This document shows, one piece after another, positions 29,961 to 43,262 of a DNA stretch of 64,000 nucleotides (position 1 is its first letter; every line of letters starts with the position of its first letter). The notes below the pieces were generated by a model that worked only from the letters and a program-made list of their open reading frames with translations, was not told where the DNA came from and did no database searches. This DNA is from Eledone cirrhosa. Its lineage: Eukaryota. A program made the translations under genes and the position numbers. Location of the stretch: positions 315,952,001-316,016,000 of the forward strand of contig OZ024740.1 in assembly GCA_964016885.1 (NCBI GenBank), read 5' to 3'.

Positions 29961-30434
29961 ACTACTAATAATATAAGTATCTACTGTCTCTTTTTGTAGA
30001 ACTACTATGTATATTGTATATAAATCAATTTGAATATATGTTGACCCTGTCACCCTCTATTTTATGTCTGAGAATTATGCAAAATTCCAAACCCTGCTTA
30101 TAAATCAAGGCAACACATTGTTTAGATGGCGTATATAAGCCAAGCTCTCATTTTACCATCAATTTTTTTTTTGTCACATATTCTTCAGCTTAGATTCGAG
30201 TATATACAGTAATTCAACTTCTACTAAATACCTTCAGGGTTCTGGGTTATTCCAGAGCTTTGACCTCACTATTACCTGCAGCAATGCTGTGAGTCTGTTG
30301 GTTTGCCTAAACAATTATTAGAGCGAAACTCCAGTGCCCCTTGTGGCGAGTGATTGAGTATGAGGGTTGTCTCCCCATTTTTCATCCTTATTATCCCCCT
30401 CCTTTTTTTTTAGTACTGTATATGTATTGACTGT

Positions 30435-30662
30435 AAAAGCATCTAGAGTGGTATCCCAACGACTGGCTGCTCCATTTGAAGGAACATGATGATCACAGTA
30501 GAAGTAGACCAAGAAAGACCTGGGTAGAGGTTGTGAGAGTTGACCTCAAATTGTTGAGACTCACAGAGGAGATGACGAAGAAATGCGACAAGTAGAGAGA
30601 TGCCATGCAGAGAAGGACCTGTCCAACCCATGCAAGCATGGAAAAACGATGATGATGATGAT
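30435..30662 (+). mobile_element. RTE 3' end remnant
   Basis: RPRKTW motif; CCAACCCATGCAAGCATGGAAAA + (GAT)n. Confidence 0.65.
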
Positions 30663-31424
30663 TGACAATGTGATATTAATAAACTACCCCTTATCATCAT
30701 CATCACCATTTAATGTCTATTTTCCATGCTTACATGAGTTAGATGAAGTGTCACATTACGAGGCTAGACAGGTCAGGTGATCACATCTTTCTCATATGAA
30801 CCACTTTTGGCTTGATTTTCTGTGGCTATATGCTCTTTCTAATGTCAACCACTTTAAAGGGTGGACTGGGCACCTTTTGTCATGTCACCAGCATGACCAT
30901 CTTATATTTAAACATAATTAGTTCTATAAAGAACTAATAAGGAAATATGGGAAAAATCCTAAATAAAAAAAAGCATATAAAACTTCAAAAGCCATGTTTT
31001 GTAAAAGTATATATCTAACCTTTTAGCATTTAAACCGGTTGTATCTGGTCAAAATTCTCTCACCTCTTTCTTTTCAAACCGGCTGTAACCAGCCACTTAT
31101 ACTGGTGTTAATGTATTGTTCTCAAAATCTCATAGACTGGATATTATGTGAGCTAAAGCCTTTAGCATGAAAATATAATGGTAAATATTGAGCAATGAAT
31201 ATGGTAGAGGGCTAAGGTAAATAATACATGAATATAGACTAAATTCTACATTTCCATTGCAAACTCGACACCTAGACACTGTTCATTTGTTTCAAACTTT
31301 AATAGTTAATATATACTTCTCTTTCAGCAATCTAATCTGATCATCCACTACATGTTGAGACTGATGTGTCTGTAACTATTGATCAATATCTATATATAAA
31401 TTTGAGTGACTTCCGTCTGTCCTT

Positions 31425-32042
31425 TTGTCACACACTAGAGATGACTGAGGAAGGAAGGGGTGATAGTGTCATGTAATAGAGATGATTGAGGAAAGAAGGG
31501 GTGATGACGTCATGCAATAGAGATGATTGAGGAAGGAAAGGGTCATGACATCATACAATAGAGATGGTTGAGGAAGGAAGGGGTGATTATGTCACACACT
31601 AGAAATGATTGAGGAAGGAAGGGGTGATGATGTAATGCACTAGAGATGATTGAGGAAGGAAGAGGCGATGACGTCACGAACTAGAGATGATTGAGGAAGG
31701 AAAGGGTGATGACGTCATGCAATAAAGATGACTGAGGAAGGAAAGGGTGATGACGTTACGCACTAGAGATGATTGAGGAAGGAAAGGGTGATGACGTCAC
31801 GCACTAGAGATGATTGAGGAAGGAAAAGGTGATGACGTCATGCAATAGAGATGACTGAGGAAGGAAAGGGTGATGACGTTACGCACTAGAGATGATTGAG
31901 GAAGGAAAGGGTGATGACGTCATGCAATAGAGATGACTGAGGAAGGAAAGGGTGATGACGTTACGCACTAGAGATGATTGAGGAAGGAAAAGGTGATGAC
32001 GTCACGCACTAGAGATGATTGAGGAAGGAAAGGGTGATGACA
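31425..32042. repeat. 41-bp minisatellite (~15 units)
   Basis: Unit GAGATGATTGAGGAAGGAAAGGGTGATGACGTCACGCACTA. Confidence 0.92.
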
Positions 32043-32164
32043 AACTACAGAGAACAGTATCTAACATTCACTACACTTGTGTGTACAATCTACATACACA
32101 TATATATACACATATGTGTCAGCGTGTTGAAAAATATTGTAGTTCTGTATATTACATTTGTTAA

Positions 32165-32460
32165 TGGTCTCCAGATCATGGAGGCAGCTTTCAAGAGACA
32201 GGTCCCATTAACTTTGAATGCCCTGCACTTCTTTATGCTGTTGTCACTCTCCATGGACACCACATATCCAAACCAGTGCAGTCTTCTCTCATGCACCTCA
32301 TCCAATTCTTTTTATGCTCATCTTTTCTTAGTTTGTTAACATCTTGTTGTACACTACACATCCATTGGATCATGCTTGCCTCATTTCTTTCCAATCTTTT
32401 CATATCCTCTGCAATCAAGGCCCAAGTTTCACTTCCATTCAGCACTGCAATTTGCACTCA
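32165..32460 (-). mobile_element. RTE RT C-terminal remnant
   Basis: LNGSETWALIAEDMKRLERNEASM; ERRLHWFGYV. Confidence 0.8.
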
Positions 32461-33293
32461 GGTGTCATTCACTGCTCCCACCTACTTTTCAAGGTGCACC
32501 CTCAGTTTATAAAAAACGTCCAGAAATATGTTCTTTGCAAATTAGAGTGCTCATCCAGAATGTTCTGAAGCTCTTCTTCCACCCACCCCCTACTCAGAGC
32601 ACCAAAGCTTGGTGACAGGTCTGCACTGATTGGTGCTAGGGGTAATGACAGTCATGTCTGTTGACAAAGTTAACTGACAGCTGATGGGTTCAAAATGTAA
32701 TGATGTCAGCACATTTATTGGCAAGATGCTCCAGTTGACAGAGGCACATCTGTTGACAAAGTAGACTTGTAGTTGGTTGGTAATAATGTAGGTGCATCTG
32801 TTGATAAGATGTTACAGCTAACAGAGGCACATCTGTAGACAAATAAGATGCTCCAGCTGATTATCTTGTTCAGGTGATCAAATAATCACATCTGTTGATG
32901 TCAGTATATCTGGTGTTAGATGGTTATTAACAAAAGCAAACTACCAATTTGAAGATCTATGCATAAGGGGATACCATGAATACAAAACAACATAATGTAT
33001 TGTTTATACTACAGACAATATTATTTGGTTTGTTATATGTATGAAAATATTGAGATATAAATAAAGCAAATCGATTTGAAAGGAGAATTGAAACTGGGTC
33101 ATGGGTTAAGTTTATTCAGATGACTCTAAAGTTTATTACCATATGTCATATTGTTGCTGGTTTTGTTTTTTATATATGAAAGCCATAGAATAGCAGAAAT
33201 ACATAGTATATCATTGGAACGGGGGTGGTGGGTGCCATGCATAACAATAGTTATATTTTTCTTCCCAAACTACCAAAACACACATCTATTTGT

Positions 33294-34340
33294 ATCATCA
33301 TCATCATTTTACGTCCGCTTTTCCCTGCTTGCAAGGGTGGGACGGGTCTTATTCAGCACAGCATCTCTCCATTTGTCATGGTCCTTCGTCATCTCCACTA
33401 TGAGCTTCAGCGATCTGAGGTCTGTTCTCACCACCTCCGCCTATGTTTTTCGTGGTCTACCTCTACCACGTCTTCCTTCAACTGGCATTTCCTCCATGCG
33501 CATCACATGTCCATACCACCGCAGTCTCCTCTCTTGTACACTACATTCTATCCCTCTCAGACACAATTTCTCTCTCAACACATCCATGCTGGGCTGTTCA
33601 CACACATTGACATTGCACATTCAACAGAGCATGCTTGCCTCATTTCTCTCCAGCCATCGCATATCCTCTGCAGGTGCTGCCCATGTCTCACTACCATGCA
33701 GCATCGCGCTCCTCACACAGGCATCATATAACCGGCCTTTCGTATGCAGGGAGAAACCCTTCTTCGTCAGCAGAGGAAGCAGCTCCCTAAACTTCTTCCA
33801 ACCCATCCTTATTCTAGATACTATGGCTTCGGACCCCCCCTCCCCCCATGCTAATCTGATCTAGGTATTGGAAGCTATCCACCACTTCTATAGCACCCGC
33901 CTGCATTTGAAAAATATGTCTATCAATGCGACTTCTACTGTCTAATTTCCCTATACATAAACTGCATATGTATTTCTCTCTACCTGTTAGTTTGCCTGCT
34001 ATCCCACTACATCTCTTGTGTACCCAGGATCTGCATTGTGTGCATTTTATAGAATTTATGCCAGTTCAGTTCCTTTTCTGCATATCGAACATGGCCATTT
34101 CCTTGATGGAATAAGAGTTTTGTCCTCTTTTCTAACACTTTTGTCTTAGCTAGGTTCACTCTCAGTCCTCTTGCTTCCAACTGCTGTTTCCATAGCCAGA
34201 ATTTCTTCTCTAGCTCCTCTACTGATTCTGCTATAAGAACCAGATCGTCAGCATAGAGAAGTTTCCATGGACAGCCAGTCTTAAACTCCTCTGTTATGGC
34301 ATGGAGGACTATAATGAACAAGAGCGGGCTGAGGCCGAAC
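33294..34340 (-). mobile_element. Decayed 5'-truncated RTE LINE
   Basis: LSPLLFIIVL..LLYADDL; GWKKFRELLPLL..LHGSETW; (CAT)n tail at 33294. Confidence 0.88.
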
Positions 34341-34949
34341 CTTGATTTTCTGAAGTCTATGACCATCAGGATATTGATCTATGGTCTTGAAGACATAACT
34401 TTCGCATATAGAAGAATTAGTGTCAAAATTAGACTGTTCTACATAACGAACAATTGTGAGAAATATAGCTGGGATATTCGGCCTAGCCATTCTGCAACAT
34501 TTCTCCTCTTCCATCAGCACACAAAAAAATTATGGCTACCACTAGATATTTGCCGGCACACATTTTGTTTTGGACTAAGCCTTACACTTTTTAATGGGAT
34601 TTTACTCTGACGATATAAAAAGAACCACGCCACATACACAGAGACAGATTTAATAATTGTATCGCATTGAACATTATTAATAGTATATTTTTGTGAAGTG
34701 AAATAAAACTAGTTTTCAAATTAATATTTTGGCACACATGTTTAATTATTCTAATAATTTACCACAACCAATAGATTTTGCTTCAGATGTCTCATTTGAG
34801 ACGCCATAGTAAGTGACTCTTTATCTCCCCCTCCCCACATCCTAAAATATCAGGTATTATCAACAAACTATCTATTTCAACGAGGGCCATTGTCAACAAC
34901 AGATGGTGTTACTCTCTCAAGAGGGCAGTTAGATTAGACTCGATAGGTT

Positions 34950-37680
34950 TTAGTAAAGAATTAGTGTTAGATAGAAATAAGACCGAAAAGGAACTGGTAG
35001 ATAAAGGAAGAGGCACTTAGGAGTGGCAACGTAGCCAGTGTGCTAGCGACGAGAACGACCTTGGACCAGTTCTTTGACGCAAAGCATGAAGGCTGCGTTG
35101 TCAGGAGCAAAATACGTGCTCTGGGAAACGAGGGAGCCAAAGCTGTTAGCTGGGCCCGAGTGATGGAGGCGAAAAGTGGCAACATCCACGATTCGGTCTT
35201 TGAAGGACCAAGACGGATGCGTGGTACGTGAGCCGAAGCAAATATGCGCAGCCTTTCAGCGGCACTTTGCTCAACTGTTCGAGCAGGGCGGCGCGCCAGG
35301 AGGGGCTATGGATTTCGGTCCATACCTCGACAGCCTGCCGCGACTCTTGGACAGTGAGGCGAAGTTCTGCGAAAGGCTGAGATAGGGGATGCACTGAGCC
35401 AATGCGGCAAACGCAAATCTCCAGGTCTTGATGGTCTACCCTACGAATTTTACGTAGCAATGCTGGACTTGTTCTCCGGTCTCCTGGAAGTGGTCTACTG
35501 CAACTGGCAGCAGAATGGGAGAATTCCCAGTTCTGTGACCAAGGGCGTAGTCACACTAGTCAGGAAGGACGAAAATAGAGGGGGATGACATAGGCAACTT
35601 CCGGCCCATAACTCTGATAAACACAGAGTTACAGATTTTGGCCAAGGTGTTGGCAAAGAGGCTGGCGCTTGTCGTCGAAAATCTGGTGGGAGAAGCGCAG
35701 ACATGCTCAATCCCGACCAGGTCCATACATGACAACCTCCACCTCATGCGATACATCATAGAGAGGGTAAACTCGGCTTCGGTGGGGCCCTGATCAACTT
35801 GGATCAGTCTAAGTCTTTCGATAGGGTTGACCATCGTTACCTGGATGCGGTGCTGGATTGCTGCAATGCACAGCAGCAACATCTGTTCAAGGGTCAAGGT
35901 GAATGGCTACCTCTTGGAGCCGTTCCATATCACGCGATCCATCCGACAGGGATGCCCTCTCTCCTCCCTTCTGTACGTACTGACTCTTGAGCCACTACTG
36001 CGGAAGTTGGAGCTATTGCAGGGCATCCCTCTGGAACCGGGACTGCAAAAAGCGGCGTCAGCTTACGCCGACGACGTGACTGTAATGGTGTCCAGCACCT
36101 TGCAAATCTGCGAGGTCAGCACCTTACTGAAGGAATACGAAAGGTTCACAGGAGCGAAGCTGAACTGGGACAAATCCATCGGTTTACAACTCCGAATGTG
36201 GAGAGGCAAACCGATGCCTTCCAATGGCGTCATCAGACGCTGGACAGACAGAAGGACCTGTAAAGCTGCTCGGGGTCTGGTTTCGTCCGGACCTCCTGGT
36301 GGAGAAGAACTGGAACGAGGTGATGGCCAAGGTGCTTACGTTCACCCAGAAGTGGGCCAAGTGCAAACTATCCTTGAAAGGTCAAGCGGAGGTGGCGAAC
36401 ACTTTTATAGTGTCCGTCATCTACTACCGCTTGACCATCGTGCCTTGTCCAGCCAAAACCCTCACCAAAATGGAGCACGCGCTCTTCCAATTCCTTTGGA
36501 AGAAACGGGCTCCTTTGGTGAGAAGATCCATCTGCTGCCAACACCCTTCAAACGGAGGGCTGGGGATGCCGTGGCTGACGATGTGCAAACACGCGCTCAG
36601 GTTGTGGCACTGCCACGTATTCCTCACCGGACAACCGGTGTGGGCCCCGTTCGTGAGGCAAACCTTCTCACGACTCGTCTCGCTGACCGAGCTACAGTCC
36701 TGGGTCAAGCAAAGACCGAGGAAAATAGGCGACTGGCATATCGAATGTGCTCAAGCGCTCACAGTCCTCTGGCAAACGGACCCCGCGATCAGTGGAGACT
36801 CCACTTCGTCATTCTATAGAGGGTTGGTCTGCAGCAAGTGCGACGACGCAGTCGGAGAAACTCTAGGCGTAGAGGAGGACGAACTGGCCAGTCTGTTCGG
36901 TAGGACTCCGCCCGGGACCAATGGATAACTTCCAAAAGTCCCTGGCCTGGCAGTGCTACCGAGGAGCTCTACCAGTTCGAGACAAGCTCTACAGACACGG
37001 GTGCCCGGGCAGTGACCCTTCGAAAAAGATCTGTCTGAGATGCGTGCACGACGAGGAAACCGTCGCGCATGCATTTGTACACTGCCCGGGCGTTACCGAC
37101 CTGTGGGACTATGTAGAATGACTATTGTCGCGGGTGGGACCAATCTAGTTGACCACCGAGTCCATTGTCATGATCAAACTGCCACCCTCCTTCAAAAACG
37201 AAGGAGAGGCGGTTTTCCTATGTGTTATGGCTATGGTGAAAGAGGTTATATGGTGGACGAAGTTAAAAGGGCTGAGGTCAGACACCTTTCTCTCCGGTGA
37301 ACAACTGATTCTTTTTTTCAAATATCATTTTGGAAGAAGAATCAGGATGGAGAGAGAGGTGCTGTACCCCAGCAAATGTTATAAAAGGTGGGTGAATGTG
37401 GCAAAGATGGCCCGAGTGGTTGGGCCTTCTCTCTATATAAGCCTGTAGGTTGAGGAAAAAGAGGAAGAGAGGAAGGGAGTACTCACTCTTGGTGCTCCTG
37501 AAGATGAGGGTTGTACATTTTTTGGGGGTGTGTACAACCCCTGTGTAACGCCTCCCACCATTGGGGATTTCAATTGTTATTTGTTATTTATTAATAGTTT
37601 TATTTTCATATACCTGTATGTAAACTCCCCATTTGTATTTGTCCCCTTCTTTTGTGCCCTTGTGGCTAATAAAGAAATTT
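34950..37680 (+). mobile_element. Tx1/L1-clade LINE ORF2 pseudogene (5'-truncated)
   Basis: KSPGLDGLPYEFY, NFRPITL, DQSKSFDRVDH, RQGCPLS, AYADDV, GGLGMP, C-terminal CLRC..ETVAHAFVHC; stops and frameshifts; AATAAA near 37668. Confidence 0.88.
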
Positions 37681-37685
37681 ATCTA

Positions 37686-37875
37686 TTTCAGCCTATGGCG
37701 TTCAAGCCGTTCAGGGGAGCTGGGCCGCCGACAACACGGTTCTTGTCATTGTCGGCGGCTCGCTTTACTGACGTACCAGGTGATTCCCGTGAGAGCACCC
37801 GGCTATTCCAGCGTTTTAGTCTCGCTATCACTCACGGCCGTGCTGCGAGTGTGTTGACCAATTTAAAAGAATTAT
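37686..37875 (+). pseudogene. C-terminal remnant of an RLE-type (CRE-like) non-LTR element
   Basis: FQPMAF....G..TTRFL..DSRES..LFQRFSLAITHGRAASVL resembles the F.P.A.E..G...LFQR.S.AI.RGNA pattern. Confidence 0.6.
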
Positions 37876-39687
37876 TAGAAGGACAGTCCAGCGCCTCTTG
37901 TTGCAGCTTGTGATTGAATGTGCACGTCTTCTCTCTCTCTCTCGCTCTCAGTCTCTCTCTTTTAAATATATAAATCGTGTTTATATGTAAATAAAAGAAT
38001 ACGCCCTAAGTAACATACGAGATATATACACATCTGTAGTCTATTATCAAATATCAATATAATCTATTGCAAAAATAAAAGTAAGTTAAGAAGTTCAATA
38101 AGAACGGCTGTTGACGGAAAGTTGCGGTTTTAACCGAATTGTCAACCCACCGTTTCAGAATTCCAAACGTCACTAGCGACTGACTTCTCCAGTAATTAAC
38201 ATATTTCGCTTCACTTTCATTCCTAATCCCCTTTTTTTCTCTCCCACACATCCCCGTTCTTGTAGGCTTAGAAAACTAATAACTTTATTTTATTTTTCAC
38301 TCTTAATTTTTCTTGTTTAGCGGTAGTTTAAACATTATTTTTCTCCTTCCCTCTCTCTCGTAAAACCCTTACATATAACGGAAAATACTGAACTGAAATA
38401 AAAACAATATGCTTAAAGTATATAGAGGTAAGTTTCTTAATTCTCTGTTATGTCATCTCTCTACATAGTTTCTTCGGTCAAAGACATTCACCATTTCTAA
38501 ATGAAAATGTTAACTTCGGTATAATTAAGCTTTAAATAAACGTAAACAAATGAATCGAAAATAATCAACTAAAAATCAAACTTATATTGTCACACTATCT
38601 CCGCCGTCATTCAATTTGCCAACTTCAGTTTCTAACACTTTCATCCTAGCTTTCTCTCTCACCCTCGCGTATTTTTCCCCCTTGTGTAAACAATACTACA
38701 ACGTGTGTATGTCAATGTATTTAAAAATTTATATAATATTTTTCATAGATAAAAAAAATACAAAACAATTATATAAAATATATAACATATTATAACAAAT
38801 ATATAAAAAAAGGAAAAAAGTGGAAGAACAAACACACACAACAACAAGGGGCACTGGGTTTTTCTCTCTGTTTCCTTATTCTTTATATAATTTTTCATAT
38901 AAGTTCTCTTCTACTTTCTAATAGAAAGTAGAAAAGAATAGAAATTCTATCTATTTGATATTTCACTCACTCAAATCACCTTTTCTCTATTCTACAGTCT
39001 CTTTCTTTCTCTTCAACTGAATTTTCTCTCTATTCCACTCCGGCAAAATAGCCTCTTCCTTAATTTTTTCCCTCATCTTTACCACCACCTGTTAATCTGT
39101 CTTCTTCACACTTATTCTTCTTACAATGTTTGTCCGTGTAGTACACACCTCTCTACGCTGTCTTCGTCTTTTCTTGATCAACTTTCTCACCTTTTTATGT
39201 TTTCGTCACAATTTTCCTTCAATTAATTCTTCTATAAAGTGTATATAAAATGATTAATTGTGACAGTCTCACACATTAAATATAAAATGATTGTGACAGT
39301 CTCACACATTAAATATAACTCTCTGAAAGTCACTAACTGAATTTCATTGAATTCATAAGTTGTATTTAAAAATATAAAAAAAATTTTTTTTTACTCCCTC
39401 CATTTGACTCATTATATATACAGGATGCCCCCCCCCCCCAAAAAAAAAATGTACACACACTTCAACAGCATTCTTATAAATATTGCCTGTACAGGTAATC
39501 AAAGTGTATATATATATTTTTGGACTCTGTGTGTGTCTGTGTACTATGTTAAGGTATCAAAATATATGTATGTATGATTATGTTTCTCAATAAAAATGAA
39601 CCTTGGTCCAGAGCATCAATAATTCAAATTAAAAGATATATGTAGAGATAGAGATAGAAAAAGAGCTCCTCTCTCTTTATATATATA

Positions 39688-39862
39688 GCGGAGGGAAGAC
39701 GCAGTAGAGGTAGACCACGAAAAACATGGGCGGAGGTGATGAGAGCAGACCTCAGAAACTCACCGACCGAGGAGATGACGAAGGACCATGACAAGTGGAG
39801 AGATGCTGAATAGGACCCGTCCAACCCTTTCAAGCAGGGAAAAGCGGACGTAAAATGGTGAT
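39688..39862 (+). mobile_element. RTE 3' end remnant
   Basis: GRRSRGRPRKTWAEV..DKWRDA; CCAACCCTTTCAAGCAGGGAAAAGCGGACGTAAA. Confidence 0.75.
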
Positions 39863-39915
39863 ATATATATATTAATTCAAAATATTAATACATATAGACA
39901 TTCACGTAATCAAAA

Positions 39916-39985
39916 TATATTTTATTATATATATTTCGGAGGTACTGGGCTGTTTTTTCAGTACGTCCTCATCAGATAAAATATA
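39916..39985 (-). ncRNA. Type I hammerhead ribozyme in a ~250-bp TA-bounded insert
   Basis: Minus strand reads TATATTTTAT-CTGATGA-GGA C GTACTG..CAGTAC C TCC-GAAA-TATATA-TA-ATAAAATATA (10-bp stem I). Confidence 0.8.
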
Positions 39986-40122
39986 TAAATTGATGTATGA
40001 CATACCTCAACTGTGCTGACGGTTCAATTCCAGTCTTGGCAGAAAACTTACAGTTGAGTGCTTCTAATCTATTGTAAAACTATATTCATTGATTAATCAA
40101 TGAACCTTGTTTAACTTTTGGT

Positions 40123-40155
<33 letters not shown>

Positions 40156-40920
40156 TGAGAGAGAGAGGAGCTCTTTTTCTATCTCCCTCTATCTTTTATC
40201 TGTATCTTAGCTGTTTAACAAAAAGAGAGTGATAAAATAAGTACAAGACCTGAAAAAACAAGTGCTGGGGTTGATATGACTGAAACCACTAAAAGAATAA
40301 AAGAAAATATACATGTGTATATGTATCAGATGATACTATTAAGTTAAACATAACCTGGGCCAACATAGGCCAAAATTAAGGTTATTTCAGTTGTGTAATT
40401 ACACACACAAACACATATATATAAAGATATACCAAGTAGTGGTATTAAATTCGAATAAAGCCAACTTGCTAAGTGAATATGCTTCTTTGGAGAGTTCTAA
40501 TAAAATTGAAACATGTTCATTGTTTTTACTAAGATACCATAAAGACAAGGTCACTGCAGTGTAAAAATTATATTCGAAAAAATTTCAATCAACTCAGATT
40601 GTTGCAGTTTTCTCTTTTGATGTTTTTTTTTCTCGGGATTCAAACACCTGCAAAAAGAATTTAAGTTATTTCAGTTTTGAAATTGGGTGAATAATCTTTA
40701 GCTCTGCTTTGCTGATGTGGGGAGGGTGGTAATCTTCCCAAGGTGCAGGCGAGTGGAGAACCTCCATTTTCTTCAAGCTGACCTCCAGTCTGAAATACTC
40801 AGTTATTGCAAAGCAGAAGGTTATATGCAGCAGAGATGATACTGTGTGGGTAATGAAGGCAGCAGAATCAGTGAAGAGTAATTCCTGGATGAGTTGCTCT
40901 AGTGTCTAGGAGTGGGACTG

Positions 40921-41150
40921 CAGTCACCTCATATCAAATAGACTACCATTAGTGTGTTATCTGACATAGACAGTCTTCTCTAGTCACCTCATATCAAATA
41001 GACTACCATTAGTGTATTATCTGACATAGACAGTCCTCTCTAGTTACTTCATATCAAATAGACTACCATTAGTGTATTATCTAACATAGACAATCCTCTC
41101 TAGTTACCCCAAATCAAATAGATTACCATTAGTGTATTATCTGACATAGA
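40921..41150. repeat. 60-bp tandem repeat (~3.8 units)
   Basis: Unit AGTCACCTCATATCAAATAGACTACCATTAGTGTATTATCTGACATAGACAGTCCTCTCT. Confidence 0.92.
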
Positions 41151-41334
41151 GACTGTCGTCTATACCAAGACCCACTGTGGCCTTTGTGAGTACCATGTTG
41201 AATAGCACTGTGAAAAATGTTGGCATAGGGTGGGGCCCTGAGCCCTGCTTTACATTGTTTTCTGGAGTATAAAGCTTCTAAAATCATTGCACGGATGTTT
41301 TTTTTCTTTAGGTACAGTGGAGCATCTAATCATC

Positions 41335-41545
41335 TAACCATTTCGCATTTAAACCGGTCATATCCGACCAGAATTCTCTCACTTCTTTCTGTTCAAACCG
41401 GCGATAACGGCTATTCATACTGATGCCAAGGTATTGTTCTCAAAATAAATATAAAAATCTCGTAGATTCGATAATATGTGAGATAAAGTGTTTACTTCGA
41501 AAATATAATAGTAAATATAGAGAAATGTAAATGCTAAGTGGTTAA
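41335..41545. mobile_element. ~210-bp MITE with piggyBac-like TTAACC ends (relatives at ~31015-31220, ~47205-47585, ~63535-63719)
   Basis: TIRs TAACCATTTCGCATTTA / TAAATGCTAAGTGGTTA; the 63535 copy has TTAACCCTTTA..TAAAGGGTTAA. Confidence 0.7.
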
Positions 41546-42594
41546 GAATTAAACTGCCTATTCTTTGAACTGTTTTTTTAGCGCCTAGACAAACAACAAA
41601 AAGTAAACATTGAACAAAGTACGTAGATACAAGTGTGTGACGTTACTTACAGTTCATGGCTTGTTACGATAATGAATTAGTACCATTGTCATACTTACAC
41701 TGGAAAATACTAGAAAATGTTACAAAGAAAACAAACAAAAAAGAGTTAGTCAAAAAGGTTGATGAAAAAATTCTCTTGAGTACCCATCTAGAATGTTCTC
41801 TTTCAGCATGAAACCCTGGTGATGAGGCTGAGCACAGTTAGAGATATTCCATTTCCCTATTCTGTCCGCAGGGGCTGTGGAGCGGCCAGTGCGTGAGCCC
41901 CCATTTGCTCATAATAGTGAGAGATGGGGAGAACGGGAGGGACGGAGGCAGTAACAGTGGGAGTTTGGTTCCTTTGTGTTTGGACCTGGTGTATATGTAT
42001 GTGTTTCACGGACACACACTCACACTGAGATTGATGTAAACATCAGTATAATTGCATTATATTACCATTAGATGGACAACCCTAAAAAATTTGAATTCAA
42101 CCATGTAAAAACTTATTTTTTATTTCTAAGAATAGTTAAATTTTTCAGCATATGTCATCAGATGAGACAAAATAATGATTATCTCAATAAACTCAATATG
42201 GATTCATCATTACTCTGACATAATTATATAGGTATAAATAAACTATAGTCAGGTTTGTAGGATGCTATCCATTAACTTTCTTTTATAATCAACATAGCAT
42301 GATATTACATTAATTCAGAAAATAAAATATCTTTGATTGTGTATTTAACATTTTAATGATCATATTTCTAATGAGATACATAACCTTGGTTTCGAAAATA
42401 AACATGAATTTTGAAGGATTAAATCAAAATAACTTTTACATTTATTTCTATATCAAACTGGTGTTTAAACATAACTTACAATTTGGTTCTTGCATACAAA
42501 TATGGACAGTTTTAATTTAGATATGGATATTTTAACACAAGCAATTTTATGTTAATAAACCTGAGGCAATCTTAGATAACTTGATATCCCCAGT

Positions 42595-43262
42595 GTTGGT
42601 GCCATGATAAAAGTGTATCTTGTTCTCACTGTGAGGTGGTAGTGCTGGTGCCACAACAAAAAGTACCCAGTCCACCCTGTAAGGTAGGCAGTAGGGCTGG
42701 TGCCATAACCAAAATTACCCAGTCCACATTGTAAAGTGGTAGTGCTAGTGCCACAACATAAAGTACCCTGACCACCTTGACAGGTGGTAGTGCTGATGCC
42801 ACAATCAAAAGTACCCAGTCCATTTTGTAAAGTGGTAGGGCTGTATCACAACCAAAAGTACTCGGTCCACCCTGTAATATGGTAGTGCTGGAGTCATGAC
42901 AAAATGCTCCCAATACATGCAGTAAATAGTTGGTGTTATGTAGGGCAGCCATACAATACATGTGGCCCTTTACATGCACACTTGTGGCCCACACAAATGT
43001 TTTTAGTGCGAGCATGTTTTATCTTTGTAATATAAAATTTAAAAAAATTTGTTGTAATCTGTGCAATTAGTTGTCCTGTGTGGCCCTGAGGGGACACTCA
43101 GTTTGACATGCCTGATGTAGGGCATCCAGCTGTAGAAACCACAGCAAAAATGGAGCATATGAGCAAGATGAGGTCAGTTGACCTGTCTAGCCTCAGTATG
43201 TGTGACTCTGTCTAACCCATGCAAGCATGGAAAATAAATGTTAAATGGTGATGATGATAATG
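42595..43262 (+). mobile_element. RTE-tail-related element with ~7 degenerate 48-bp repeats (opposite strand to the 47889 array unit)
   Basis: AAAGTACCCAGTCCACCCTGTAAGGTAG..TGGTGCCA repeats at ~42600-42920; tail AACCCATGCAAGCATGGAAAA..(GAT)n at ~43213-43262. Confidence 0.65.

Noticed and set aside
38409-38433. ATG...GAG|GTAAGT as a possible first coding exon of a host gene
   Set aside because: A single donor motif with no identifiable downstream exons or protein similarity; needs RNA-seq
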